From: an uncultured Prevotella sp.
Lineage (GTDB): Bacteria > Bacteroidota > Bacteroidia > Bacteroidales > Bacteroidaceae
Assembly: GCA_964561385.1 (NCBI GenBank)
Contig: CAZLPO010000001.1
Coordinates: 11,467-58,338, forward strand
Length of the DNA: 46,872 nt
Reading direction: 5' to 3'
Positions 17,113-30,604 of the stretch are shown here, piece by piece; positions within the stretch are counted from its first letter, which is position 1, and the number at the start of each line of letters is the position of its first letter. The position numbers and the translations under genes were made by a program. Below the pieces are notes generated by a model. The model had not been told where the DNA came from. It ran no database searches and saw only the letters and a list, made by a program, of their open reading frames with translations.

Positions 17113-18069
17113 TTACTTGGTCCTTACTTCATCGAGGAAACGCACCATCTTCTGGAGGTTCTCCTCACTATACATACCCATGCCATGACCGCCCTCGGGA
17201 ACGAACGTGGCCTGAGTCTTCACACCAGCTTCCTGCAGCTTCTCAAAGAACATCTTTCCCTGACAGCAAGGAACGACGTTGTCCTTCTCGCCGTGGAAGA
17301 TGATGATCGGAGGATTCTTCTTGTCGACATAGTATGTGGCACTGAGACTCTTGTACTTATCGGGCTCCTTTGAGAGTTTCGAGTCGAGCAGCACATCCTC
17401 GGGACTATTCTCCCCCATCTTCATGCTTTCACCGCAGTCCATGGCCGTCAAGTCGACGGGCCCCGACCAGTCGCAGGCTGCATTGACGGTGCTGGACTCC
17501 TTCGTGTAGGCACCGATGTTGCCCTCAAGGTCGATATCGTAGGTGCCCACCTTTGTCTGCGTGATGCCACTGGTAGTTGCGGCCGTCGAGGCCAGATGAC
17601 CGCCAGAAGAGAAACCACTGGTAGCAATGAAGCGGGTATCGAACTTATACTTGGCGGCCTCACCACGGACAAAACGGATGACGGCACGGATGTCGTGAAT
17701 CTGGGCCGGCCACTTGGCATCCATGCTGGAGCGGTGGTTGGGACAGACTACTGCATAGCCGGCATCGAGCAGTGCCTTCACAATGGTGCCCAAGTCGGCA
17801 GCTCCCTTACTGTTATTGCTGAACCAAGCACTGCCATAGATATGAATGACTACCGGATAAGCATCTTTCTGCTCCTTGGGCAGATAGATGTCACAGGTAT
17901 GATAGGCCTGGTCATCACCAGCATAGTTGACATCCTTCCACTGCTGGGACGTTTCAAGGTCGGCCTGCGGTTTTTGGAAACCGCCGAAGCCGCCGAAGCC
18001 CTGGGGCTGCGCCTGCGCTACGCTAATGAATAATGAACAATGAAATAGTGTGAGTAATAATTTTTTCAT
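17113..18069 (-). CDS. Alpha/beta hydrolase, BD-FAE-like acetyl/feruloyl esterase
   Basis: Start MKKLLLT (ATG 18069); DIYLP, PVVIHIYGSAW, WPAQIHD, GFSSGGHLA, HGEKDNVVP, GGHG. Confidence 0.8.
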   Translation of the reverse strand: MKKLLLTLFHCSLFISVAQAQPQGFGGFGGFQKPQADLETSQQWKDVNYAGDDQAYHTCDIYLPKEQKDAYPVVIHIYGSAWFSNNSKGAADLGTIVKALLDAGYAVVCPNHRSSMDAKWPAQIHDIRAVIRFVRGEAAKYKFDTRFIATSGFSSGGHLASTAATTSGITQTKVGTYDIDLEGNIGAYTKESSTVNAACDWSGPVDLTAMDCGESMKMGENSPEDVLLDSKLSKEPDKYKSLSATYYVDKKNPPIIIFHGEKDNVVPCCQGKMFFEKLQEAGVKTQATFVPEGGHGMGMYSEENLQKMVRFLDEVRTK

Positions 18070-18110
18070 CTTGTTATCGGTTAAAACGTTTGTGAATGGT
18101 TTATTACGTG

Positions 18111-18233
18111 CAAAAATACGTATTCGCGCGTAAAGCGTATTTTCACTATGTCTCACAACCTTTGCCGTATGTTTCGGCGCAAGGAATCAAGACTAAAACA
18201 AAAGCGGCATACATTAAGAATATAGTATCTTTG
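18111..18233. promoter_or_regulatory. Divergent promoter region: TATTTTTG (-, 18111-18118), TATCTTTG (+, 18226-18233), and a 21-bp-period direct repeat
   Basis: tatgtctc (18147) and tatgtttc (18168) lie between the two -7 boxes. Confidence 0.65.
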
Positions 18234-18260
18234 CGGAAAGCAAACCAAACAAACACAGAT

Positions 18261-20273
18261 ATGAAAAAAGGAATTACACTTGCTGCCATGCTCGTGGCAG
18301 CCTCCCTGGGAGCCAGTGCTGCCCAGAAGCCGATGAATGCCCCGAAGGGCGGCAAAGCCATCAGTGACGAACTCGTCGGCATCTTCTTCGAGGACATCAA
18401 CAATTCTGCCGATGGCGGTCTCTACGCCGAACTGCTGCAGAACGGAAGTTTTGAGTTCAGTCCAGCCGACCACGACGGCTGGGGCGCCGGAACGGCATGG
18501 AAGCAGATTCGTCCTGGCCATTCGCTTGGCACGGTACAGGTGCGCATGGACAATCCGCTGCACCCCAACAACGCCACATACATGCGCCTGCACACGGAGC
18601 GTGCAAAAGAGTATTACGACTATGCGGGATGGAAAGGCTTCGGTCTGCAGAATGACGGCTTTGACGGCATCACGGTGAAGGGCGGCGCGAAATATGACTT
18701 CTCCGTCTTCTTCCGTAATATCGGTGCCGCTAAGCAGGTACGCATCGTCCTCGGCGAACCGCAGGGCTGGGGTAAAGATCCGAAACTGCTGGCAGACACC
18801 ATTCTGACCGTCGATGCAACGGAATGGAAGAAATACGAGGCCGTGCTCACGCCCAGCGAAGACTGTAAAAATGCCTGCCTCCAGATACTCGTGCTGAATA
18901 CTGGTGACTTGGACATTGACCAAGTGTCGCTGATGCCCGAGGACACCTACAAGGGGCATGGCCTGCGCAAGGATCTGGCTCAGGCACTGGCTGACCTGAA
19001 CCCGAAATTCATGCGCTTCCCCGGCGGCTGTGTCGTACATGGCGGTGGCGATGGTTTCTGGAACACCTACCGCTGGAAGACCACCATCGGTCCGAAGGAG
19101 CAGCGCCGCCAACTGAAGAACACCTGGGGCTACCATCAGAGTTGCGGTCTCGGCTACTTCGAGTACTTCCAGTTCTGTGAGGACCTCGGCATGGAGCCCG
19201 TGCCCATCCTGCCCGCTGGTGTGAGCTGTCAGGGTACTAACGGCGGTTGGGGTATGTGGCCCACACAGGCACAGGACGTCGTACCCATGAACGAGATGGA
19301 CGAATGGGTGGCTGAAGCCATCGACCTCATTGAGTGGGCCAATGGTGACCCTGCCACCAACAAATGGGCTAAGATGCGTGCTGACGCTGGTCATCCGAAG
19401 CCTTTCAACCTGAAGTACCTGGGCATCGGCAACGAGGAGAAAATCTCGCCCGAGTTCATTGAGCGTTTCAAATACATCTATGAACGTGTGATGAAGGCTC
19501 ACCCCGAGATTGTCATCGTGGGCACCGCCGGTCCTGGCTCTCACAAGGACAATCCTGATTTTGAGGCTGGCTGGAAACTGGCTGAGGAGCTGGATATGCC
19601 CATTCTCGACGAACACTACTATGAGCCCAACGACTACTTCCTGAACAAGCGCCAGTACGACAACTACCCCCGCGACCGTAAGACGAAGGTCTATCTGGGT
19701 GAGTATGCCGCCAAGGACAAGAAGTTCATCGACGCCCTGGCCGAGGGTCTCTACCTGCTGCATGTGGAACGCAACGGCGATGTAGTCAGCATGACCTCGT
19801 ATGCTCCCCTCTTCGCCCGCAAGAACGGTACGCAGTGGAACCCCGACCTTATCTACTACGACAACGAACGCCCGTTCCTGACTTGCAGCTACTATATCCA
19901 GCAGCTCTTCGGTAAGTCAAGCGGCCAGTACTATTATGGCGACTGCGTGAAGTTCGACGGTGACGAGGCTGGCGTACAGCAGCCTCAGCCGGATGTCCAC
20001 TACGGTCAGAGTGTCATACTGAACGTGAAGACACGCAAGCTCTATGTAAAGCTCTGTAATGCTACCGACCAAGAGAAAGAGGCAGCCATCGACTTGAGCC
20101 GTTTCCCGCTGAAGAAGTCGGTTACGAAGACCATCCTTAACGGTGCTCCCGATGCCGAGAACAATTTCGACCAGCAGCCCATCGCTCCGAAGACGGAGAC
20201 CTTGAAGGCGAAGAAGAAGTTCGACATAGACTTGCCGGCGTATAGCTTTGTGATGCTGGAGTACCAGCTATAG
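18261..20273 (+). CDS. GH51 alpha-L-arabinofuranosidase
   Basis: Start MKKGITL (ATG 18261); GIFFEDIN, DGGLYAELLQN, FMRFPGGC, YLGIGNEE, DEHYY, YLGEYA, SYAPLF. Confidence 0.93.
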   Translation: MKKGITLAAMLVAASLGASAAQKPMNAPKGGKAISDELVGIFFEDINNSADGGLYAELLQNGSFEFSPADHDGWGAGTAWKQIRPGHSLGTVQVRMDNPLHPNNATYMRLHTERAKEYYDYAGWKGFGLQNDGFDGITVKGGAKYDFSVFFRNIGAAKQVRIVLGEPQGWGKDPKLLADTILTVDATEWKKYEAVLTPSEDCKNACLQILVLNTGDLDIDQVSLMPEDTYKGHGLRKDLAQALADLNPKFMRFPGGCVVHGGGDGFWNTYRWKTTIGPKEQRRQLKNTWGYHQSCGLGYFEYFQFCEDLGMEPVPILPAGVSCQGTNGGWGMWPTQAQDVVPMNEMDEWVAEAIDLIEWANGDPATNKWAKMRADAGHPKPFNLKYLGIGNEEKISPEFIERFKYIYERVMKAHPEIVIVGTAGPGSHKDNPDFEAGWKLAEELDMPILDEHYYEPNDYFLNKRQYDNYPRDRKTKVYLGEYAAKDKKFIDALAEGLYLLHVERNGDVVSMTSYAPLFARKNGTQWNPDLIYYDNERPFLTCSYYIQQLFGKSSGQYYYGDCVKFDGDEAGVQQPQPDVHYGQSVILNVKTRKLYVKLCNATDQEKEAAIDLSRFPLKKSVTKTILNGAPDAENNFDQQPIAPKTETLKAKKKFDIDLPAYSFVMLEYQL

Positions 20274-20288
20274 AGAAATGATGTTAAG

Positions 20289-20328
20289 AATAGAAAGAAG
20301 AGAGGCGATTGTCTCTCTTCTTTCTATT
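20289..20328. terminator. Bidirectional terminator between convergent GH51 and GH8-CE15
   Basis: 16-bp inverted repeat aatagaaagaagagag / ctctcttctttctatt. Confidence 0.75.
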
Positions 20329-22768
20329 TCAACAGGAACCGGTCGATGAACGACTGAACGATGGGAAACTGATACTCCGGCAGTTGACAGTGTCCGTGAC
20401 CACCGACAATACTCCAAGCCATGCGGTCGCTGATGCCAAAGCGCTCCCACACCTTCTTGGCGGCTTCGGCAGAGACGAGCATAGAACCGTCGGCCAGCCA
20501 CTCATAATCAGGGTTACCTAACAGCAGAAGAGCTCGCGGACAGACCATCGCACAGAGCTCATGCTGGTCGTAAGGCAGACGATAGACACTGTCGCCACGG
20601 AAATGCTCCTTCTGACTCTCCAGGAACCAGTGGTAGTCGGTCTTATCGATGTCCTCCAGATTCTTTCCTGCCAGTGTCGACTCATGCGACGTGCGCCAGG
20701 CGGCAGCCCCGCCACCGCCAGGTTCCTGAGCAATGGTCAGTGCCACACGCTCATCGAAAGCACCACAATAGAGGGCCATCTTTCCAGCATACGAACAGCC
20801 AGTGACACCAATACGACGGGTGTCTATCTTCGTCACTTCAGGACCGAGCTGCTGCAAGCCATCAATGATACGGCTCAATCCCCATGCCCACTCACTATAG
20901 GCGCCATTGTCCTTCAGTTGCGGATAGAGACGGTCGAACGGATGCTCGCCACGCTCATGGTGCTTTCCCCATTGTCCATAGTCATTCACCTGCTTCTCAT
21001 GGAAGGTCATGGTGGCGATAGGACGGTCGTCGAACAGCTGACGCGGCAACGTAATCATGCTGGTGCCAATCATCAGACCATAAGGAGGTTGTCCCACCTT
21101 CGGATAACGAATCTCCGAACGCAGCGTCAGCGTCTCACCCCCCACGGTCACATCGACCACCAAGGCAGTGTCGCCCTCCATACGAGCCTTCAACTGTTCT
21201 GGCAACACAGCAGGCTTGGTGCCGATGCCGTAATGCTGAATCATGTGACCGATGTCGCTACGACGATGCGACCAGTCGGCAAAGCTACTGACACCCTCTA
21301 AAGCATCGGGAAGGTCACGGATGACGGGCAACTGAGCGGGGACCGGCAGCGACGGCGATGGGAATGAAGCACCTGTGTTCTCCTGCTCATAGACAAGCGG
21401 CAGGGTGACGGCAGGCTCGATGACGCGGTAATGGCCACTGAGATGCATAAAGGCAAAGAGACGAAGCAGTCCATCGTAATAGGCATCGAAATAGCCATCA
21501 TCAAACGGCTCGTGTTTAGCGTTCCACAGAGCCTCGACAAAAGCACGGCTTTTTTCGTGCTGACACATGACCGAAGCGGCTGCCGACGTAGCAACAAGAC
21601 CGATGCTGTGGCGCAACTTACGGAAACCGCCTGCCTGCAGTATCTCGTCGCCTTCGGGTAGACTACCATCGACACGATACTGGTCAACAAAGGTATTCAC
21701 GCCCTGGGCATAGAGAAAATCCTGGAACTTCTCACCATAGCGGCGCTGCCACTCGCCATCATTACAGCTCCACTCGTAGTCGAGAGCGATATTCATAGGC
21801 ACCCGCCAGGAGTCGTAACGGAAGTTATTGGCACCATTGCGACGTGGCATCGTCGGTGCGGGCATACCAGGTCGCCGTGGAAACTGCGGCATCTGCATCA
21901 GCGAACCATCATACTGACACATGTCGGGATTCAGTCCCGTGGTGTCGTTGATGGCCTTATGGAGGAACGCGCGGCTCTTCTTCGCACACTCAAACCAGTA
22001 GTCGGCACGGCCATCATCCGCCCACCGCGCCCACACCTCATAGAAGGCTGGGATATGGTAGCTGGGATCGGTAAAACGCTGACCAAAGCCATCGGGAGTG
22101 AAAGTGATGAGCTGTGTCTCCGGGTCAATGAGATACATCTTCTGCGGACCATTCTGCTGCTGCCCAACAAAAGCGCCAAAACCACCAAAGCCGCCCTGCC
22201 GAGCTTCGGGTGTGTATTCCCTAGGCTGTATACAGTCCAGGATATGCTGTGCCTCAGCCTTGTAGTCGATGCCTGTATGGTTGCCCCATCGGTTGGAGGC
22301 AAAGACGAGGGCCGTGATGAAGTACAGCTCACCATCGCTGGCCGCCCCCTCGGCATTGTGGGTGCCATCGGTCTTACAACTCCAGGCAAAATAGCCCTTG
22401 CGCGGACCATCCTGATGCTGCATATAACGTTTGCTCCAGCGCCACAGTCGGTCGAAGATGTCTTTCTCGCCGAACTGTACAGCTATCATCATGCCGTAGG
22501 ACATACCCTCGGTACGGGCATCATGGTTCTTGATGTCAGAGATGTAACCCATGGAGTCGCCAACCTCGAAATAGACTTTGTTAGGGCCACGGAACACATC
22601 ATTGAACACCTCCTGCAGTTTCGTCTCAACGGCCGCCGGGTCATAGCCCATTTCAACAAAGAGGTTACGGTACTGGCGGGTCTCGAAAGCGCCTTTGGTC
22701 CACGGTGTGAAAGCACGTGCGCTGGCAATAGTCAGCAGCAGTGCGAAAAGAGTCAGGAATTTCCTCAT
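20324..22768 (-). CDS. GH8 (Rex-like exo-oligoxylanase) fused to a CE15 glucuronoyl-esterase-like domain
   Basis: N-part RTEGMSYGM, ASDGE, FTDPSYH, YDSWR, YYDG; C-part WAWGLSRIID, GVTGCSYAGK, FDERVAL, QEPGGGG, LPYDQH, PRALL. Confidence 0.88.
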   Translation of the reverse strand: MRKFLTLFALLLTIASARAFTPWTKGAFETRQYRNLFVEMGYDPAAVETKLQEVFNDVFRGPNKVYFEVGDSMGYISDIKNHDARTEGMSYGMMIAVQFGEKDIFDRLWRWSKRYMQHQDGPRKGYFAWSCKTDGTHNAEGAASDGELYFITALVFASNRWGNHTGIDYKAEAQHILDCIQPREYTPEARQGGFGGFGAFVGQQQNGPQKMYLIDPETQLITFTPDGFGQRFTDPSYHIPAFYEVWARWADDGRADYWFECAKKSRAFLHKAINDTTGLNPDMCQYDGSLMQMPQFPRRPGMPAPTMPRRNGANNFRYDSWRVPMNIALDYEWSCNDGEWQRRYGEKFQDFLYAQGVNTFVDQYRVDGSLPEGDEILQAGGFRKLRHSIGLVATSAAASVMCQHEKSRAFVEALWNAKHEPFDDGYFDAYYDGLLRLFAFMHLSGHYRVIEPAVTLPLVYEQENTGASFPSPSLPVPAQLPVIRDLPDALEGVSSFADWSHRRSDIGHMIQHYGIGTKPAVLPEQLKARMEGDTALVVDVTVGGETLTLRSEIRYPKVGQPPYGLMIGTSMITLPRQLFDDRPIATMTFHEKQVNDYGQWGKHHERGEHPFDRLYPQLKDNGAYSEWAWGLSRIIDGLQQLGPEVTKIDTRRIGVTGCSYAGKMALYCGAFDERVALTIAQEPGGGGAAAWRTSHESTLAGKNLEDIDKTDYHWFLESQKEHFRGDSVYRLPYDQHELCAMVCPRALLLLGNPDYEWLADGSMLVSAEAAKKVWERFGISDRMAWSIVGGHGHCQLPEYQFPIVQSFIDRFLLK

Positions 22769-22797
22769 GGTGTGGGTTTAGTTATTGATTTGGGCCC

Positions 22798-22876
22798 CAA
22801 AGTTACGAAATAAAATGGAAAGTGAAAAATGAAAAGTGAAAAAATTTGAGAGTTCGAGTTTTTTTTCGTACCTTTG
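22798..22876. promoter_or_regulatory. Divergent -7 boxes (TAACTTTG on -, TACCTTTG on +) separated by a (AAARTGR)x4 heptamer array
   Basis: caaagtta 22798-22805; tacctttg 22869-22876; aaaatgg aaagtga aaaatga aaagtga from 22812. Confidence 0.7.
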
Positions 22877-22885
22877 TGCGCATAA

Positions 22886-26897
<4,012 letters not shown>

Positions 26898-26916
26898 ATA
26901 ACGTAAGACGTGAGTG

Positions 26917-29900
26917 TTACTTCACCATCACCTTACGGTCACCAACGATGTACAAACCGGCTGGCAGGTCTTCAAGAGCCTGACGACGATCGACATCATG
27001 ACGTACCAGCTGACCAGAGAGATTATAGACATTGACACGCTCGGACTGTAACGCCGTCACCTCAGCAACACCCGTGGGATCATACTGTGTGTCATTGGTG
27101 AGGAACACCTTGTCGACGAGCACAATACCAGAGCCGTTGCCCCACACACTGACGACGTGGATGTTCTTCGTATCAAGGGCTTTGCCCTTACTGGTCTTCG
27201 AGTTGTACTTGGCTGTCGACAGGTTGATGACATGCTGCAACTCAGAGCCGAACTTCTCCGTTGAGTAGCAGGCACCCTTGACGTTGGCCGTCGGATAGAT
27301 GTTCAGGTGAGCATCAGCCGTCTGCGTCTGTCCGCCATTCTTCTTCAACTGCACGACGAGGTATGTATAGCCCGACATATCAACACCGTCAGGATAGACC
27401 CAACCCATTTCACCGCTGGCTGCGGGCTTAAAGGCGTGGCTCTTCTCATTATAAGTACCCTGACCCACGATGCCAGTATTGATGAACTCGCTGCCGAAGG
27501 GGAAGTAGGATGTCGTCACATTGAATGTCGTCTGTACCTTATTATCAAAGGGGTCAACATAAGAGGCGGTCACATCGGTCGTGCCCTCACTGACGCCACG
27601 CATCTGTCCATTACGGAACTCTACGATACCAGACTTGTCTGCCACGTAGGAAGCCTGGGCAGAGACATTCTCAGTGTGCTTGTCACGATAGGTGACGGTG
27701 AGACCCGGACTGTTCCAGCCACCAACCATCGCCTCCATCTTGGTCTTGGCCGACTTCAAGTCGGTAGCGGTGAACATATCCTCGTTCATCTGCGCATCGA
27801 ATGGCGGACACCACTCAGCCTCATCGTAGTTCTCCTCCGTGGAGAACCAGTCGAAGTCGGCTGCACCACCGGTAGTCTTCGTGGCATAGCAGAAGAGTCC
27901 GAAACGCGAACCGACAAAGACACTGAGGTTGAAGTTCTGCTGCGTCTCACTGCCAAGCTGCTTCCAGGTCTTATTGTCCAATGAATAGTAGAAGCGCGTC
28001 TTGTCCTCACCGAACTTAATACTGCCACGCAGGTAAACAACATCGCCGACAGTTACCCCCGAAGCCACCTTCTCGGCTGGCTGGGCATCGCTACTGATGA
28101 CATCCTGACGCCATACTATCTCACGCTTGCCATCCTTCACCCGCACACCAATGTAGGCATAGGGATCCTGGAAGATGCAGATACCTGCAACATCGCCCTC
28201 CTGCAGACGGGTCACGTCAAGACAGATGGTACCAACAGTTGCCTTGTTTTTCAGCGCGAAGATACGCTGCGTCAGCATGTTACGGGCCTGTTTCAAACTG
28301 GTGGTGGTGCTGTTAGCCTTCAGGCGCAGCCATCCCGGACGCTCAAAGAGGCTCCAGCCTGTGTCATCGGGATTATGGTTCCACTGCCACTGCGATCCCA
28401 ACGGATACGAGCGGAAATCGTCCGTGGACGGCAGAGCCTTCAACGGGTAGTCCGGCGTGCCTGCCGGTTTGTTGTACGTCTCATAAGGTACGCCCTTGTT
28501 TCCAACCGAAGGCCAGTTGTAGTTCCATTTCACCGGCTGTAGGTTGGGGAAGCGGCCAAAGGCGCCAAGATCCTGTTGCATGATGGTCCACCAGTTTCCC
28601 TTCTCATCTTCGACAAGAGCTCCCTGGTGGATGGTGTTAACCTGACCGTTGATGGTCTTCGCCAGCACCTCACGCTCCTCGTAGGGACCAAAGATATTCT
28701 CTGAACGGAAGACAACCTGTCCTGATGGCCACCCGCCATAAGTGGCATAGATATAGTAATAGTCGCCTTTCTTATAGAGGTGACACCCCTCGAGTCCTGC
28801 ATTATCACGACTGACAACATTCTTTTCCTGTATAAAGTTGAAGTTCTCGTCGAGCTCGCACATCTGGATGTTATTAATGCCGCAGGCCACATAGACCTTG
28901 CCATTATCGAAGAGCATGCCCGGGTCATAATAGCCACGCGACAGTTTCTTCAATTCCCACTCACCTTCCGGGTCAGTAGCCGTCAGCAGATAGGCACCAC
29001 CCTCATTGCAGTTGTTCAGAATATAGAACTTACCATCGTGATACTTCATCGAACAGGCCCACATTCCCTTGCTATATGCATTCTGGTTGTTCTTTAGGTT
29101 GTACTTGTCAGCATCGCTGATCTTCTTCAGTGGCTGAGCACAGTACTCCCAGTTGACCATGTCTTTCGACTTGAGGATGGTAGCACCGGGGAAGTTCACC
29201 ATCGTCGTGGAGACCATATAGTAGGTATCACCGACACGGATGACATCAGGATCGGGGAAGTCGGCGCGCACCACCGGGTTCTGGTACTTGCCATTACCCA
29301 GGTCGGTGAGGGGCACACTGTGATAGTCGGGGCTGGGGTTGTCCACCTTCGCATACTCAGCATACCAGTCAAAGCAGGCCTTACCACAGGCCTCTTCAAT
29401 ACCATCGAAAGCCGGTTCCACCTTCTTGTTATTAATCAGTTTGTCGATATCAATGAGACAGGCTGTACCTGAGAGTGTCATGGAGATGTTTCCATAGTGG
29501 TCATGAACACCCTTGGTAACAATTCCCCATGCGGAGGTGCGGCCCGTAGCCCACGTGCCCCAGTTGGACTCCACCCACTGGCCATGTTCATTATAGTGAC
29601 CAGTACCCTCTTTGGTAGGACTCCAGTCAATCTCGGTAACAATGATAGGGTTGGTATCGACAACAGGCACTTGGTTGTGAAACTGGGTAATCTTGTTCTT
29701 CGTGGCCTGCGTGACGTTACTGGGAGAAATATTCTTATCGTCACAGCCATACCAGCCATTATAGTCGTGAACGGCATAGCCGAAGTTACTGTCCACGATG
29801 GGATAGGTCTTGTAGTCGGCATAGCCTGACTGCCAGCCGGAACCGGGAATCCAGATGATGCCCTTGAATCCGTTGGCACGAATCTTATCGACGACGGGCT

Positions 29901-30588
29901 GGAAGAAGTCGCGCAGCGCTTTCTTGTCGCTGGCGCCGTTAGCGTTCTTCACACTTACCGGCTCGTTAGCCAACTCCAGACTGATCTGACCGGAATACTT
30001 ACGGATGGAGTCATTCTTCGTGACGATATCCCATACGGTCAGCATATACTCCTGATAGTAGTCACCCACCTTGATGTCATGCGGGCAGACACCTGGCGGA
30101 CGCATGACGACGAACATACCATGGTTGATGGCACGCTTAGCAATAGGGAAATAGAGGGTCTTCAGATAGGATGTCAGACGTGAAGGACTGAAGTGATAGA
30201 CATTATCCTCGCCTGTCGAAATCTCTCCTTTGTCGTTAAGAGGCTGCAAAGAGGCATCCATGAAATGAGCGTTGGGGTCATTAGTCCACGCCGGATCCAG
30301 GTGAAGACGAAACACGTCGCAATTGGCCTGCTCCAGACCACCGAACAGTGTCTCGAAATAGTTGATACAACGGGTACGACCGGCATCGTCATAGCTCCAG
30401 CCCCAACGACCTCCGTTGAAGTAGGCACTGGGGGTGTCCATCACACCATGAAGGACGACATGGTTACCGTAATTGTCGACAAGCCACTTGCCCTCGACAT
30501 GGAGCGATGGAACGGGCCTGACCTGATGGGCCTGAACGCCCAGGGCGCCACAGACCATTAAAAGAATCGTGATTAGGTTTTTCTTCAT
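26917..30588 (-). CDS. Multimodular GH5-like + GH43 enzyme with Ig-like and unnamed modules and T9SS-type tail
   Basis: N-part LHVEG...LHG, FRLHLDP, LELANEP, AVHDY, VTEIDW (clan GH-A Glu pair); GH43 part NPV-x2-DFPDPDVIRVGDTYY, MWA, YDP, LEG, HQG, QWQWNHNP; tail VYNLSGQ...GLYIVGDRKVMVK. Confidence 0.85.
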   Translation of the reverse strand: MKKNLITILLMVCGALGVQAHQVRPVPSLHVEGKWLVDNYGNHVVLHGVMDTPSAYFNGGRWGWSYDDAGRTRCINYFETLFGGLEQANCDVFRLHLDPAWTNDPNAHFMDASLQPLNDKGEISTGEDNVYHFSPSRLTSYLKTLYFPIAKRAINHGMFVVMRPPGVCPHDIKVGDYYQEYMLTVWDIVTKNDSIRKYSGQISLELANEPVSVKNANGASDKKALRDFFQPVVDKIRANGFKGIIWIPGSGWQSGYADYKTYPIVDSNFGYAVHDYNGWYGCDDKNISPSNVTQATKNKITQFHNQVPVVDTNPIIVTEIDWSPTKEGTGHYNEHGQWVESNWGTWATGRTSAWGIVTKGVHDHYGNISMTLSGTACLIDIDKLINNKKVEPAFDGIEEACGKACFDWYAEYAKVDNPSPDYHSVPLTDLGNGKYQNPVVRADFPDPDVIRVGDTYYMVSTTMVNFPGATILKSKDMVNWEYCAQPLKKISDADKYNLKNNQNAYSKGMWACSMKYHDGKFYILNNCNEGGAYLLTATDPEGEWELKKLSRGYYDPGMLFDNGKVYVACGINNIQMCELDENFNFIQEKNVVSRDNAGLEGCHLYKKGDYYYIYATYGGWPSGQVVFRSENIFGPYEEREVLAKTINGQVNTIHQGALVEDEKGNWWTIMQQDLGAFGRFPNLQPVKWNYNWPSVGNKGVPYETYNKPAGTPDYPLKALPSTDDFRSYPLGSQWQWNHNPDDTGWSLFERPGWLRLKANSTTTSLKQARNMLTQRIFALKNKATVGTICLDVTRLQEGDVAGICIFQDPYAYIGVRVKDGKREIVWRQDVISSDAQPAEKVASGVTVGDVVYLRGSIKFGEDKTRFYYSLDNKTWKQLGSETQQNFNLSVFVGSRFGLFCYATKTTGGAADFDWFSTEENYDEAEWCPPFDAQMNEDMFTATDLKSAKTKMEAMVGGWNSPGLTVTYRDKHTENVSAQASYVADKSGIVEFRNGQMRGVSEGTTDVTASYVDPFDNKVQTTFNVTTSYFPFGSEFINTGIVGQGTYNEKSHAFKPAASGEMGWVYPDGVDMSGYTYLVVQLKKNGGQTQTADAHLNIYPTANVKGACYSTEKFGSELQHVINLSTAKYNSKTSKGKALDTKNIHVVSVWGNGSGIVLVDKVFLTNDTQYDPTGVAEVTALQSERVNVYNLSGQLVRHDVDRRQALEDLPAGLYIVGDRKVMVK

Positions 30589-30604
30589 ATTTTATTGAAT
30601 TGGT

